This document shows, piece by piece, positions 50,860-62,211 of a stretch of DNA of 64,000 nucleotides. The notes below the pieces were generated by a model. That model searched no databases and was not told where the DNA came from. It was given only the letters and a program-made list of their open reading frames with translations. The position numbers and the translations under genes were made by a program. The DNA comes from Pseudothauera lacus. GTDB lineage: Bacteria; Pseudomonadota; Gammaproteobacteria; Burkholderiales; Rhodocyclaceae. Location of the stretch: assembly GCF_003034845.1 (NCBI RefSeq), contig NZ_PZKC01000001.1:267473-331472 (forward strand), in the 5' to 3' direction. Numbering within the stretch: position 1 is the first letter of the stretch; each line of letters begins with the position of its first letter.

Positions 50860-52227
50860 ATGCCGTCTTACGGCGCCAAGCTCGTGAAGCCGTCCCCTTC
50901 CCTGCTGCCGGCAGTGCTGGCTGCCCTTGCTGCGGCGCCGGCACAGGCGACCCAGCCCACTGCGCAAGGCGCACCGTGGCTGGCCGCCGCCATCGTCTTT
51001 GCCGCGCTCGCCCTTGCCGTTCCGCTGTCGCTGTACATCTGGCGGGACCTGCAGGAACGCCGACTCCGCCACCTCGCCAGCGATGCCGGGCGGCAGGCCA
51101 CCGAGCGCGCCCTGCTGCGCACCCAGAGGCGCTACCAGTCGGTGCTGGAATCGGTCAACGAAGTGATCTTCCGCACCGATGGCGATGGCCGCCTGAGTTT
51201 TCTCAACGGCGCCTGGCAGACCATCACCGGCTATCCGCTGGCCGACAGCCTCGGCCACGAACTGACCGACTTCCTCCACCCCGACGACCACATCCTCGCC
51301 CGCACCCGCCTGCAGGCCGTCACTCACGGCACCCAGGCGGAATGCCAGTGCGAGCTGCGCCTGCTGACCCGCAGCGGCGAGGTGCGCTGGGTAGAGGCCG
51401 TCGGCCGCCGCGTCGCCGACGATCTCGACGAGCAGCCCGGCCTTGCCGGCACGCTGGATGACATCTCGGCACGCAAGGTGGCGGAACTGACCCTGCGCAA
51501 CATCAACCAGGAACTGGAAGCGCGGGTGCGCCTGCGCACCGCCGAGCTGGAGGCCTCCAACCGCGAGCTGGAGGCCTTTTCCTACTCGGTGTCGCACGAC
51601 CTGCGCGCACCGTTGCGCGCCATCGACGGCTTCGCGCAGATCCTCCAGGAAGAGCTCGATGAGCGCCTCGACGACGATGCCCGCAACCACCTCGGACGCA
51701 TCCGCGCCGCCACCCAGCGCATGTCGCAGCTCATCGACGACCTCATCGAACTGGCCCGCCTGACCCGTCACCCGCTCAAGCGCGAGACCGTGGACCTCTC
51801 CGCCATGGCCCGCCAGATCATCGACGAACTGCGCGCGGAGGAGCCTCAGCGCACGGTGGAGGTCGACATCGCCCCGCGCCTCACCGTCAACGCCGACCGC
51901 AACCTGATGCATGTCGTCCTCGACAACCTGCTGCGCAACGCCTGGAAGTTCACCGCCCGCCGCGAGCACGCCCACATCCAGGTGCAGGCCGAACGCGAAG
52001 GCGAACAGCGGGTGTTCTGCGTCAGCGATGACGGCGCCGGCTTCGACATGGCCTTCGCCGGCAACCTCTTCCGCCCCTTCCACCGCCTCCACCCCGGCAA
52101 CGAGTTCCCCGGCACCGGCATCGGCCTGGCCACCGTGCAACGCATCGTGCAGCGCCACGGCGGCCTGATCTGGGCCCATGGGCGGCCCGGCGAGGGGGCA
52201 CGCTTCTACTTCACCCTGGGGCAATGA
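50860..52227 (+). CDS. Sensor histidine kinase with PAS domain (HisKA plus HATPase_c).
   Basis: H-box SVSHDLRAPLRAIDGF. N/G boxes (LLRNAWKF, GTGIGLA). PAS-like region with the conserved W of a PAS/PAC fold. Confidence 0.8.
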   Translation: MPSYGAKLVKPSPSLLPAVLAALAAAPAQATQPTAQGAPWLAAAIVFAALALAVPLSLYIWRDLQERRLRHLASDAGRQATERALLRTQRRYQSVLESVNEVIFRTDGDGRLSFLNGAWQTITGYPLADSLGHELTDFLHPDDHILARTRLQAVTHGTQAECQCELRLLTRSGEVRWVEAVGRRVADDLDEQPGLAGTLDDISARKVAELTLRNINQELEARVRLRTAELEASNRELEAFSYSVSHDLRAPLRAIDGFAQILQEELDERLDDDARNHLGRIRAATQRMSQLIDDLIELARLTRHPLKRETVDLSAMARQIIDELRAEEPQRTVEVDIAPRLTVNADRNLMHVVLDNLLRNAWKFTARREHAHIQVQAEREGEQRVFCVSDDGAGFDMAFAGNLFRPFHRLHPGNEFPGTGIGLATVQRIVQRHGGLIWAHGRPGEGARFYFTLGQ

Positions 52228-52417
52228 AGGGCGTGCGGCGCATCACGGACAGACGCAGGATGATCACCTTCACGGTAGTTGATCTGTGTCACAATCTCCA
52301 TGGTGCACCGCACTATAATGCCGCACGCGGCGCCCCCCACCCGGGCAGCGCCGCCCCCGATTTCCGGCCACCGCCGCCACCGTACCGCACGAAAACAGCG
52401 TAACAGGTCCCCCTGCC

Positions 52418-55105
52418 ATGAAAGAAAAGCACTATCTCAGCCCGCTCTTCGAGCCCCGTTCGGTCGGCGTCATCGGTGCCAGCGAACGCGAGTCCTCGCT
52501 GGGCAACGTGCTGATCCGCAACATGCTGGAATCGGCCTTCAAGGGCCGCCTGTTCGCGATCAACCCGAAGCACGAGTCGGTGCTCGGCGTACCCTGTTAC
52601 AAGTCGGTCGAGGAGGTCCCCCACCGTCTCGACCTGGCCGTCATCGCCGTGCGTGCGGAGAAGGTACCCGCCATCATCGACAGCTGCGGACGCGCCGGGG
52701 TCAAGGCGGTGATCGTGCTCTCCGCGGGTTTCTCGGAAACCGGCCCACGCGGCGCCAAACTGGAGCGCCAGGTGGTGGAGGCCGCGCGCCGCCACCGCAT
52801 CCGCCTGCTCGGCCCCAACTGCCTGGGCATCATGCGCCCGGAACTGGGGCTCAACGCCACCTTCGCCCATGCCACCGCCAACAAGGGCAGCATCGGCCTG
52901 ATTTCGCAGTCCGGCGCACTGTGCGCCGCCATTCTCGACTGGGCCAAGCCCAACAACGTCGGCTTCTCCGCGGTGGTGTCGCTGGGCTCCTCGTCCGACA
53001 TCGACTTCGGCGAGGTCCTTGAATACATGATCTCGGACCCGCGCACCGAGAGCATCTTCCTCTACGTCGAAGGCATCCGCGACGCCCGCCGCTTCATGAG
53101 CGCGCTGCGCGGCGCCGCACGCGTCAAGCCGGTGCTGCTGATCAAGGTCGGCCGCCACCCCAACGCCTCGCGCGCCATCCTCCAGCACACCGGCGCACAG
53201 TCCGGCGAAGACGCGGTGTTCGACGCCGCGCTGCGCCGCGCCGGGGTGATCCGCCTGTACAACATGGGCCAGCTCTTCGCTGCCGCCAACGCGCTGTTCT
53301 CGCACTTCCGCCCGCGCGGCAACCGCCTCGCCATCATCACCAACGGCGGCGGCCCGGGCGTCATGGCCGCCGACCGCTGCGCCGACCTCGACATCCCCAT
53401 CACCGAGTTCTCCGAAGGCACCATGGAGAAGCTCAACGCCGCGCTGCCCGCCGGCTGGTCGCGCGGCAACCCGGTCGACATCCTTGGCGACGCCGACGTC
53501 GAGCGCTACCGCAAGACGGTGCAGGCCGTACTCGAAGGGCCCAAGGTCGACGGCGTGCTGGTGATGCTCACCCCGCAGGCAATGACCGAGCCCACCGCGG
53601 TTGCCGAGGCCATCATCGACCTGGAAAAGAACGCCGACAAGCCGGTGGTGACCTGCTGGATGGGCGAGGAACTGGTGCGCGAGGCGCGCGAGAAGTTCAT
53701 CGCCGCCGGCATCCCGACCTTCCGCACGCCGGAGCCCGCCGTCGAGCTGTTCAGCCACATTTCGGCCTATTACCGCAACCAGAAGCTGCTGATGCAGACC
53801 CCGGGTTCGCTGTCGCAGCTCAACCCGCCGTCCATCGAGAGCGCCCGCCTGGTCATCGAGACCGCGCTCGCCGAGCGCCGCAAGGCCCTCAACGAGATGG
53901 AATCGAAGGCCCTGCTGGCAGCCTTCCGCATCCCCATTGCACAGACCGTGGTGGCCCGTTCGGCCACCGAGGCCATGGTGCTGGCCGAAGAGATCGGCCT
54001 GCCGGTGGTGATGAAGATCGACTCGCCGAGCATCATCCACAAGAGCGATTCGGGCGGCGTGCGCCTCAACCTCGGCAGCCTGGCGGCGGTACGCACCGCC
54101 TACCAGGAAATCCTCGACGAAGTGCGCAAGAACAAGCCCGACGCGATGATCAACGGGGTCGCCATCGAGCCGATGATCCTCAAGCGCAACGGCCGCGAAC
54201 TGGTGGTCGGGGTCAAGCGCGACCCGGTGTTCGGCCCGGTGATCACCTTCGGCGAAGGCGGCAACCGCGTCGAGGCCAACCGCGACCTCGCCGTCGCCCT
54301 GCCGCCGCTCAACAACTACCTGGTGCAGGACCTGATCCGCTCCAGCCGCGTCGCGCCGCTGCTCGACGAGTTCCGCAACATGCCGGCGATCGACATGGCC
54401 GCCCTGGAGCTGGTGCTGCTGCGCGTCTCCGAGATGGTCTGCGAGCTGCCGTGGATCCACCACCTCGAAATCAATCCGCTGATCGTCGATGAGAACGGCG
54501 CTGTGGCCGTCGATGCCCGCATCGTCGTCGACAACATCGCCCCGGCGGCGGATCGCTACGACCACATGGCGATCCATCCCTACCCCTCGCACCTGATCAG
54601 CAAGTGGACGGTTCCCGACGGCACCGCCGTCACCATCCGCCCGATCAAGCCCGAGGACGCCGACCTCGAAGTCGAGTTCGTGCGCAAGCTGTCGCCGGAG
54701 ACCAAGTACTTCCGCTTCATGAACACCATGCGCGAACTGCCGCCGGCAATGGTCGCCCGCCTCACCCAGATCGACTACGACCGCGAGATGGCCTTCCTCG
54801 CCACCGTCGAGGAAGACGGCAAGGAAATGGAGATCGGCGTCTGCCGCTATGCTGTGAACCCGGACGGCGAATCGTGCGAATTCGCCGTCGTCGTCGCCGA
54901 CGAATGGCAGCACCGCGGACTCGCCCGCCGGCTGATGGGCATCCTCATCGAAACCGCGCGCAACAAGGGGCTGGCGTACATGAACGGGGTCTTCCTGTCC
55001 AACAACGAACGCATGCTGAAGTTCGTCCAGGGCCTGGGCTTCGTGCTCTCCAACGACCCCGAGGACAACTCCGTCAAGCTCGGCGTGCTCTCGCTGCAGG
55101 ACTGA
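52418..55105 (+). CDS. Protein lysine acetyltransferase of the Pat/PatZ type. NDP-forming acetyl-CoA synthetase-like domain fused to a C-terminal GNAT.
   Basis: 895 aa. CoA-binding, succinyl-CoA-synthetase-like and ATP-grasp segments, then a C-terminal GNAT (VVVADEWQHRGLARRLM). Confidence 0.85.
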   Translation: MKEKHYLSPLFEPRSVGVIGASERESSLGNVLIRNMLESAFKGRLFAINPKHESVLGVPCYKSVEEVPHRLDLAVIAVRAEKVPAIIDSCGRAGVKAVIVLSAGFSETGPRGAKLERQVVEAARRHRIRLLGPNCLGIMRPELGLNATFAHATANKGSIGLISQSGALCAAILDWAKPNNVGFSAVVSLGSSSDIDFGEVLEYMISDPRTESIFLYVEGIRDARRFMSALRGAARVKPVLLIKVGRHPNASRAILQHTGAQSGEDAVFDAALRRAGVIRLYNMGQLFAAANALFSHFRPRGNRLAIITNGGGPGVMAADRCADLDIPITEFSEGTMEKLNAALPAGWSRGNPVDILGDADVERYRKTVQAVLEGPKVDGVLVMLTPQAMTEPTAVAEAIIDLEKNADKPVVTCWMGEELVREAREKFIAAGIPTFRTPEPAVELFSHISAYYRNQKLLMQTPGSLSQLNPPSIESARLVIETALAERRKALNEMESKALLAAFRIPIAQTVVARSATEAMVLAEEIGLPVVMKIDSPSIIHKSDSGGVRLNLGSLAAVRTAYQEILDEVRKNKPDAMINGVAIEPMILKRNGRELVVGVKRDPVFGPVITFGEGGNRVEANRDLAVALPPLNNYLVQDLIRSSRVAPLLDEFRNMPAIDMAALELVLLRVSEMVCELPWIHHLEINPLIVDENGAVAVDARIVVDNIAPAADRYDHMAIHPYPSHLISKWTVPDGTAVTIRPIKPEDADLEVEFVRKLSPETKYFRFMNTMRELPPAMVARLTQIDYDREMAFLATVEEDGKEMEIGVCRYAVNPDGESCEFAVVVADEWQHRGLARRLMGILIETARNKGLAYMNGVFLSNNERMLKFVQGLGFVLSNDPEDNSVKLGVLSLQD

Positions 55106-55190
55106 AGCCCCGCCCGGCCGTGCGCACCGGCACGGCCGGGCGGAGTATCATAGGGCCACCGCCAAGCCCACCCCACGCCCACGAAACACC

Positions 55191-56039
55191 ATGCCCGGCA
55201 ACATCCAGACCATCGAGCTGCGGGGCCTGCCCGCCCTGCGCCTGAGTACTGCCAGCGGCGCCAATGCCGCCCTCAGCCTGTACGGCGGCCAGGTCCTGTC
55301 CTGGCAACCACGCCCTGGCGACGAGCGCATCTACCTCAGCGAAGCCGTGCAGGTCGATGGCCGCAGCGCGCTGCGCGGCGGCGTGCCGGTGTGCTTCCCG
55401 CAGTTCGGTGAACAGGGCGCGCTGCCCCGCCACGGCTTTGCGCGTACGGCAATGTGGTCGGTGATCGAACAACGCACCGGCGACGATTTCGCCCTCGCCA
55501 CCCTGCAGCTCGTCGATTCGCCGGAAACCCGCAGCCTGTGGCCGCACCCCTTCACCCTCGAACTCACCGTGGCGCTCGAGGGCGAACGCCTCGACCTTGA
55601 GCTCGAAGTGATCAACAGCGGCCACGCCCCGATCGCCTTCAACGCCGCCCTGCACACCTACCTGCGCGTCGCCGAGGTCGAGGAGTGCCGGCTCGAAGGG
55701 CTCTACGGCTTCAATTACCAGGACGCCCTGAAAGGCGGCGAGGTGCGCCGCGAATCCGGCGATGCGCTCATCATCGACGACGCCGTCGACCGCATCTACC
55801 ATGACGTCACCCGCCCCCTGCTGCTGCGCGAGAGCGCCCGTGCGCTGGGCATCAACCACGACGGCTTCCCCGACGTGGTGGTCTGGAATCCGTGGGAAGA
55901 CGGCAACGCCCGCATCGCCGACATGAAGGCCGGAGACTTCCGCCGCATGCTGTGTGTCGAAGGCGCCGCCGCCCATCGCCGCATCGAACTGGGCGCCGGC
56001 GAATCCTGGTTCGGACGGCAGACCCTGGTCACCCTCTGA
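55191..56039 (+). CDS. D-hexose-6-phosphate mutarotase (glucose-6-phosphate 1-epimerase, YeaD-like).
   Basis: GGVPVCFPQFG and HGFAR motifs of the aldose-epimerase superfamily. 282 aa. Confidence 0.8.
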   Translation: MPGNIQTIELRGLPALRLSTASGANAALSLYGGQVLSWQPRPGDERIYLSEAVQVDGRSALRGGVPVCFPQFGEQGALPRHGFARTAMWSVIEQRTGDDFALATLQLVDSPETRSLWPHPFTLELTVALEGERLDLELEVINSGHAPIAFNAALHTYLRVAEVEECRLEGLYGFNYQDALKGGEVRRESGDALIIDDAVDRIYHDVTRPLLLRESARALGINHDGFPDVVVWNPWEDGNARIADMKAGDFRRMLCVEGAAAHRRIELGAGESWFGRQTLVTL

Positions 56040-56135
56040 GCCCCCTGCCCTTGCCTGCGCGGCGCCCTTTGTAGCACCATCGCCGCCCTTTCCGCCTTCC
56101 CCAACCACCCGCCCGTCCGCGGCGGGCCGCAACCC

Positions 56136-58463
56136 ATGCTGCCACCCATCGAACACCGCATCGCCACCGAACTCGGCGTCCAGCCCCGCCAGGTCTTCGC
56201 CGCCGTCGCCCTGCTCGACGAAGGCGCCACCGTGCCCTTCGTCGCGCGCTACCGCAAGGAAGCCACCGGCGGCCTCGACGACACCCAGCTGCGCAACCTG
56301 GAAGAACGCCTGGGCTACCTGCGCGAGCTGGAGGAGCGCCGCGCGACGGTGATCGCCTCCATCGACGAACAGGGCAAGCTCACCGACGCGCTGCGCGCCG
56401 AGGTCGAGAACGCCGACACCAAGCAGCGCCTGGAAGACCTCTACCTGCCCTACAAGCCCAAGCGCCGCACCAAGGCACAGATCGCCCGCGAGGCCGGCAT
56501 CGCCCCGCTGGCCGAGGCCCTGCTGGCCGACCCGACACTGAACCCGGAAGCCGAAGCCGCCGCCTACCTCAACGGGGAAGCCGGCTTCGCCGACGCCAAG
56601 AGCGTGCTCGACGGCGCCCGCCAGATCCTCATCGAGCAGTTCGCCGAGGATGCCGAACTGCTCGGCACCCTGCGCAGCCTGCTGCATGACGACGGCGAGG
56701 TCGTGTCTTCGGTGGTCGAAGGCAAGGAGAACGAAGGGGCGAAGTTCCGCGACTGGTTCGACTTCCGCGAACCCATCGCCAGGATCCCCTCCCACCGCGC
56801 GCTGGCCCTGCTGCGCGGGCGTAACGAAGGCGTGCTGCGCCTCGCCCTTGCCCTGCCGCATGACCCGGAGACCGGCCCGCACCCCTGCGAGCGGCGCATC
56901 GCCGCGCGCTTCCAGATCCGCGACCAGGGCCGCGCGGCCGACCGCTGGCTGGCCGACACGGTACGCTGGGCGTGGAACGTGAAGATCTCGCTGCACCTGG
57001 AACTGGAACTGATGAACCAGTTGCGCGAGCGCGCCGAGGAAGAGGCCATCCACGTCTTCGCGCGCAACCTCAAGGACCTCTTGCTCGCCGCCCCGGCCGG
57101 CGCGCGCCCCACCATGGGCCTCGACCCCGGCATCCGCACCGGCGTGAAGGTTGCGGTGGTGGATACCACCGGCAAGCTGCTCGATACCGCCACCGTGTAC
57201 CCGTTCGAGCCGCGCCGCGACATCGAAGGCTCGCTCGCCACCCTGGCCGCGCTGGCCAAGCGCCACGGCGTGGAGCTGGTCGCCATCGGCAACGGCACCG
57301 CCTCGCGCGAAACCGACGCGCTCACCGCCGAACTGATCCGCCGCCACCCCGAACTGCGCCTCACCAAGGTCATGGTGTCGGAAGCCGGCGCCTCGGTGTA
57401 TTCGGCCTCCGAACTGGCCGCGCGCGAATTCCCCGACGTGGACGTCTCGCTGCGCGGCGCGGTGTCCATCGCCCGCCGCCTGCAGGACCCGCTCGCCGAA
57501 CTGGTGAAGATCGACCCCAAGTCCATCGGCGTGGGCCAGTACCAGCATGATGTGAACCAGTCGCGCCTGGCCAAGGGGCTGGAGGCGGTGGTAGAGGACT
57601 GCGTGAATGCCGTCGGGGTAGACGTCAACACCGCCTCCGCCCCCCTGCTGGCACGCATCTCGGGCCTGAACAGCACGCTCGCCGCCAACATCGTCGAATT
57701 CCGCGACAGTCACGGCCCATTCAAGAGCCGCGAGGCGCTCAAGGCGGTACCGCGCCTCGGCCCCAAGACCTTCGAACAGGCTGCCGGCTTCCTGCGCATC
57801 CCCGCCGGCGACAACCCGCTCGATGCCTCCGCGGTGCACCCCGAAGCCTATCCGGTCGTCGAACGCATCCTGGCCCGCGTGCAGAAGAGCGTGCGCGAAC
57901 TGATGGGCAACGCCAGCTTCCTGAAGAGCCTGAAGCCCACCGAATTCACCGACGAGCGCTTCGGCCTGCCCACCGTGCAGGACATCCTCGCCGAGCTGGA
58001 AAAGCCCGGCCGCGACCCGCGTCCCGAGTTCCGCACCGCCACCTTCCGCGAAGGCGTGGAAACGCTGAAGGATCTGGTGCCCGGCATGATGCTCGAAGGC
58101 GTGGTCACCAACGTCACCAACTTCGGCGCCTTCGTCGATATCGGCGTACACCAGGACGGCCTGGTGCATGTCTCCGCGCTCGCCGACCGCTTTGTCAAGG
58201 ATCCACACAGCATCGTCAAGGCCGGCCAGGTGGTGAAGGTCAAGGTGCTGGAAGTGGACCTGCCGCGCCAGCGCATCGCGCTCACCATGCGCATGGGTGA
58301 CGAGGCCACGCCGAAGCCGCGCGAAGCCCGCCACGAGCGCCCGCAGGAGCGCCGTCCGCCGCAGCGCGACGGGCGCAGCGCCCAGCACGGCAGCAGCCGC
58401 GAACGCGCGCCCGCCGCCGACAACGCCCTGGCCGCAGCCTTCGCGCGCGCCAGACAGAAATGA
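56136..58463 (+). CDS. tex: Transcription accessory protein Tex (YqgF/HhH/S1 domains).
   Basis: N-terminus [29 protein letters not shown] is diagnostic. C-terminal S1 domain. 775 aa. Confidence 0.9.
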   Translation: MLPPIEHRIATELGVQPRQVFAAVALLDEGATVPFVARYRKEATGGLDDTQLRNLEERLGYLRELEERRATVIASIDEQGKLTDALRAEVENADTKQRLEDLYLPYKPKRRTKAQIAREAGIAPLAEALLADPTLNPEAEAAAYLNGEAGFADAKSVLDGARQILIEQFAEDAELLGTLRSLLHDDGEVVSSVVEGKENEGAKFRDWFDFREPIARIPSHRALALLRGRNEGVLRLALALPHDPETGPHPCERRIAARFQIRDQGRAADRWLADTVRWAWNVKISLHLELELMNQLRERAEEEAIHVFARNLKDLLLAAPAGARPTMGLDPGIRTGVKVAVVDTTGKLLDTATVYPFEPRRDIEGSLATLAALAKRHGVELVAIGNGTASRETDALTAELIRRHPELRLTKVMVSEAGASVYSASELAAREFPDVDVSLRGAVSIARRLQDPLAELVKIDPKSIGVGQYQHDVNQSRLAKGLEAVVEDCVNAVGVDVNTASAPLLARISGLNSTLAANIVEFRDSHGPFKSREALKAVPRLGPKTFEQAAGFLRIPAGDNPLDASAVHPEAYPVVERILARVQKSVRELMGNASFLKSLKPTEFTDERFGLPTVQDILAELEKPGRDPRPEFRTATFREGVETLKDLVPGMMLEGVVTNVTNFGAFVDIGVHQDGLVHVSALADRFVKDPHSIVKAGQVVKVKVLEVDLPRQRIALTMRMGDEATPKPREARHERPQERRPPQRDGRSAQHGSSRERAPAADNALAAAFARARQK

Positions 58464-58482
58464 GCCTGCAGGAGCACTACAG

Positions 58483-58851
58483 ATGAAACCGGTGATCTAC
58501 GGCATCAGGAACTGCGACACCATGAAGAAGGCCTTTGCCTGGCTCGACGAGCGCGGCATCGCCTACGATTTCCACGACTACAAGAAGGCCGGCATCAGCA
58601 CCGCCAAGCTCCACGCCTGGAGCAAGGTGCTGGGCTGGCGCACGCTGCTCAACACGCGCGGCACCACCTGGCGCAAGCTCAGCGCCGAGCAGCAGACCAT
58701 AGAAACCCAGAGCGCGGCGGTGCAACTGATGGCCGAACACACCAGCCTGATCAAGCGCCCGCTGGTGGAAACCGCCTCCGGGCACCTCCTGGTGGGCTTC
58801 GACCCGGCCATCTTTTCCAGCTTCATCAAGCCCGAGGACAGCGCCCGATGA
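58483..58851 (+). CDS. ArsC-family (Spx/YffB-like) thioredoxin-fold protein.
   Basis: [17 protein letters not shown]...[12 protein letters not shown] matches E. coli YffB closely. 122 aa. Confidence 0.8.
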   Translation: MKPVIYGIRNCDTMKKAFAWLDERGIAYDFHDYKKAGISTAKLHAWSKVLGWRTLLNTRGTTWRKLSAEQQTIETQSAAVQLMAEHTSLIKRPLVETASGHLLVGFDPAIFSSFIKPEDSAR

Positions 58852-59705
58852 GCACGCCGAAGAGCTTCGTGCAGCGCTTCCTGCTCGAACACCTCGACAT
58901 CCGCGGTGCCGTGGTGCGCCTCGAAGACGTCTGGCAGGCCGTGCACAACGGCCGCGACTACCCCCCGGCGGTGGCCGAACTGCTTGGCCAGATGTGCGCG
59001 GTGGCCGCGCTGATCACCGCCAACCTCAAGCAGGCCGGGCGGCTGACCTTCCAGATCCAGGGCCACGGCCCGGTCGGCCTGCTGGTGGTGGACTGCAATG
59101 CCGATCTCAACCTGCGCGCCTACGCGCGCATCGACGGCGCCGTCGAGGGCAAGGGCGTGCAGGCCCTGATCGGCGACGGCCGCCTGCAGCTGAGTCTCGA
59201 CATCGAAGGGCTCGACCAACCCTACCGCAGCGTGGTGCCGCTCGAAGGCGAGACCATCGCCGCCACCTTCGAGCACTACCTCGCGCAGTCCGAACAGCAG
59301 CCCGCCGGCCTCTGGCTGGCCGCCGACGACACCGCGGCGACGGCCCTCTTCGTGCAGAAGCTCCCTGGCGCCGACGAACGCGACGCCGACGGCTGGAACC
59401 GCATCCACCAGCTCGCCGCCACCGTGCGCAGCGACGAACTGCTCGGCCTGGCCGCCGATGAACTGCTGCGCCGCCTCTTCGTCGAAGAGGATGTGCGCCT
59501 CTTCGCCCCGCGCGCAGTGATCCACCACTGGCCACCGGATCGCGACAAGGTCGCCGGCATGCTGCTCGGGCTGGGCGAATCCCAGGTGCGCGAGATCCTC
59601 GCCGAGCACGGTGAAGTCCTCATCCATGACGATCTCGGCAACCACAGCTACCGCTTCGACGCCGACGACGTCGACGCCCTCTTCCGCCCCCCCACGCTGC
59701 ACTGA
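58848..59705 (+). CDS. hslO: Hsp33-family chaperone homolog lacking the four zinc-binding cysteines.
   Basis: N-terminal and central Hsp33 blocks ([42 protein letters not shown]). The C-terminal CXC...CXXC positions read HHW...DDLGNH. Confidence 0.7.
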   Translation: MSTPKSFVQRFLLEHLDIRGAVVRLEDVWQAVHNGRDYPPAVAELLGQMCAVAALITANLKQAGRLTFQIQGHGPVGLLVVDCNADLNLRAYARIDGAVEGKGVQALIGDGRLQLSLDIEGLDQPYRSVVPLEGETIAATFEHYLAQSEQQPAGLWLAADDTAATALFVQKLPGADERDADGWNRIHQLAATVRSDELLGLAADELLRRLFVEEDVRLFAPRAVIHHWPPDRDKVAGMLLGLGESQVREILAEHGEVLIHDDLGNHSYRFDADDVDALFRPPTLH

Positions 59706-59723
59706 ACACAGGAGAGCCGCAGG

Positions 59724-60128
59724 ATGAACAGTGCCCTCACACCCACCCCCGGCATGGTCCGTCTCACCCACCTGATCTACGGCCTGCACGCCTTCGCAGT
59801 GGTCTCGGCGCTGCTCGGCTCGGCGACCATCATCCTCAGCTTCATCGCCAGCCTGCCCTCCATCGTCGCCGTCGTGCTCAACTACTGGAACCGCGGCGCG
59901 GTGCGCGGCACCTGGCTGGAGTCGCACTTCCGCTGGCAGATCCGCACCTTCTGGTGGACTCTTGGCTGGGTGCTGATCGCCACCCTGCTGGTGATCACCA
60001 TCATCGGCATTCCCTTCGCCCTGCTCGCCGTACTGGTGGTCTCCGCCTGGGTGGTGTATCGCGTCGCACGCGGCTGGTGGCGGCTTGCCGACGAGCTGCC
60101 GATGCCGCTACCCACGGACGGCCAGTGA
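59724..60128 (+). CDS. Small integral membrane protein (DUF4870-like?), 134 aa.
   Basis: Three predicted TM helices. Trp-rich loop (WLESHFRWQIRTFWW). Confidence 0.5.
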   Translation: MNSALTPTPGMVRLTHLIYGLHAFAVVSALLGSATIILSFIASLPSIVAVVLNYWNRGAVRGTWLESHFRWQIRTFWWTLGWVLIATLLVITIIGIPFALLAVLVVSAWVVYRVARGWWRLADELPMPLPTDGQ

Positions 60129-60287
60129 GCACACGGGCCAGCGCGCACCCTCACCCCCGGACTGCCGAAGAACGCAAGACATGGCGTATGCGCCTGCCAC
60201 TGCATCGGCATGCATATGGCGATCCGCGCCTTGCCCGAAACCCCTGCGCTCAGTAGACTTGACGGATTTTCCAGGCACGCCTCGCCG

Positions 60288-61061
60288 ATGACCAACGCCT
60301 CCTCCACCGCCCGCGCCATCGAGTTTCGCAATGCCACGCTCGGCGCCACCATCGCCGTGCTGCACGAGACCGAACCCGCCGGCCTGGCCGACGCCCTGCA
60401 CAAGATGCTCGGCGGCATGCCGGACTTCTTCAGCGGTGAAGCCGCAGTGCTCGACTTCGGCGCCCTGCCCGCGGCCCCGGCACGCATCGACTGGACCGGC
60501 CTCCTCAGCCTGCTGCGGCGCTACCAGTTGCAACCGGTAGGGGTGCGCAACCTGCCCGCCGAACATCTTGACGGCGCCCGCCGCGCCGGTCTCGCCGTGC
60601 TCGACAGCGCCGAGCTGCGTGACCGCCCGGCCACCGCCGCCCCGGCCCCGGCCCCGCAGCCCCGCGTCGCTCCCCCGCCGCCCGCACCCCCAGCGCCGCC
60701 GCAGATCAACGCCGGCACCATGTTCGTCGACCGTCCACTGCGCTCCGGCCAGCAGATCTATGCCCGCGGCGGCGACCTCGTGGTCCTCGCCGGGGTCAGC
60801 CATGGCGCCGAAGTCATCGCCGATGGCAGCATCCACTGCTACGGCCCGCTGCGCGGGCGCGCCGTCGCCGGCGCCCAGGGCAATGCCGCCGCACGCATCG
60901 TGGCAAGCAATTTCGGCCCCGAGCTGGTCTCCATCGCCGGTGTCTACCGCACCTTCGAGAAAGGCATCCCGGAATCGATCGCCGGCCGCGCCGCCCTCGT
61001 CCGCCTCGACAGCGGCGGCACCGAACAGAAACTCGACCTCCAGCCACTGCAGCTGGATTAA
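60288..61061 (+). CDS. minC: Septum site-determining protein MinC.
   Basis: Pro/Ala-rich linker, then a C-terminal MinC beta-helix domain (LRSGQQIYARGGDLVVLAGVSHGAEVIADGSIHCYGPLRGRA). Followed by minDE. Confidence 0.85.
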   Translation: MTNASSTARAIEFRNATLGATIAVLHETEPAGLADALHKMLGGMPDFFSGEAAVLDFGALPAAPARIDWTGLLSLLRRYQLQPVGVRNLPAEHLDGARRAGLAVLDSAELRDRPATAAPAPAPQPRVAPPPPAPPAPPQINAGTMFVDRPLRSGQQIYARGGDLVVLAGVSHGAEVIADGSIHCYGPLRGRAVAGAQGNAAARIVASNFGPELVSIAGVYRTFEKGIPESIAGRAALVRLDSGGTEQKLDLQPLQLD

Positions 61062-61079
61062 TTCATTCAAGGGGATACC

Positions 61080-61892
61080 GTGAGAGTCATCGTCGTTACT
61101 TCCGGCAAGGGCGGTGTGGGCAAGACCACCACCAGCGCAGCCTTCTCCTCCGGCCTCGCCCTGCGCGGCTACAAGACCGCGGTGATCGACTTCGACGTCG
61201 GCCTGCGCAACCTCGACCTCATCATGGGCTGCGAGCGCCGCGTGGTGTACGACCTCGTCAACGTCATCAACGGTGAAGCCAAGCTCAACCAGGCGCTGAT
61301 CAAGGACAAGCACTGCGAGAACCTCTTCGTGCTGCCGGCCTCGCAGACCCGTGACAAGGACGCCCTCACCGAAGAAGGCGTCGAAGCGGTGCTCAAGGAG
61401 CTCGAACACATGGGCTTCGAATACGTCGTCTGCGACTCCCCCGCCGGCATCGAGCGCGGCGCCGTGATGGCGCTCACCTTCGCCGACGAGGCCATCGTCA
61501 CCACCAACCCGGAAGTCTCCTCGGTGCGCGACTCCGACCGCATCCTCGGCATCCTGCAGTCCAAGAGCCGCCGTGCCGTCGATGGGCGCGAAGCAGTCAA
61601 GGAACACCTGCTGGTCACCCGCTACTCGCCCAAGCGCGTCGAAGACGGCGAGATGCTCTCCTTCAAGGACGTACAGGAACTGCTGCGCGTGCCGCTGATC
61701 GGCGTCATCCCGGAATCCGAATCGGTACTGCACGCCTCCAACCAGGGCATGCCGGCCATCCACATCAAGGGCTCGGACGTCGCCGAAGCCTACACCGACG
61801 TGGTCGCCCGCTTCCTCGGCGAAGAGCGCGAGATGCGCTTCGTCAACTACGAGAAGCCCGGCATCATCAAGCGTCTGTTCGGAGGCAAGTAA
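61080..61892 (+). CDS. minD: Septum site-determining ATPase MinD.
   Basis: [17 protein letters not shown]-terminal amphipathic helix KRLFGGK. Likely GTG start. Confidence 0.9.
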   Translation: MRVIVVTSGKGGVGKTTTSAAFSSGLALRGYKTAVIDFDVGLRNLDLIMGCERRVVYDLVNVINGEAKLNQALIKDKHCENLFVLPASQTRDKDALTEEGVEAVLKELEHMGFEYVVCDSPAGIERGAVMALTFADEAIVTTNPEVSSVRDSDRILGILQSKSRRAVDGREAVKEHLLVTRYSPKRVEDGEMLSFKDVQELLRVPLIGVIPESESVLHASNQGMPAIHIKGSDVAEAYTDVVARFLGEEREMRFVNYEKPGIIKRLFGGK

Positions 61893-61893
61893 G

Positions 61894-62154
61894 ATGTCCC
61901 TTCTCGCCCGCCTCTTCGGCGAAAAGAAGAAGACTGCGGAGATCGCCAAGAACCGCCTCTCGCTGCTCATCGCCCACGAGCGCAGCGGCGCTGCCGCCGG
62001 CCCCGACTTCCTCCCCGCACTCCAGCAGGAACTCATCCAGGTGATCTCCAAGTACGTCGCCGTCAACCCCGACGACATCAAGGTGCAACTGGAGAAGCAG
62101 GACAACTACGAGGTTCTGGAAGTCAACATCGTCCTGCCCGAAAGCAACCGCTGA
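61894..62154 (+). CDS. minE: Cell-division topological specificity factor MinE.
   Basis: [25 protein letters not shown]... is a near-canonical MinE N-terminus. 86 aa. Confidence 0.9.
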   Translation: MSLLARLFGEKKKTAEIAKNRLSLLIAHERSGAAAGPDFLPALQQELIQVISKYVAVNPDDIKVQLEKQDNYEVLEVNIVLPESNR

Positions 62155-62211
62155 CCACGGGCCTCTGCCGGGGCATGGGCGCCGCTGCAGGAGTCAGCGC
62201 CCGCCGTGGAA

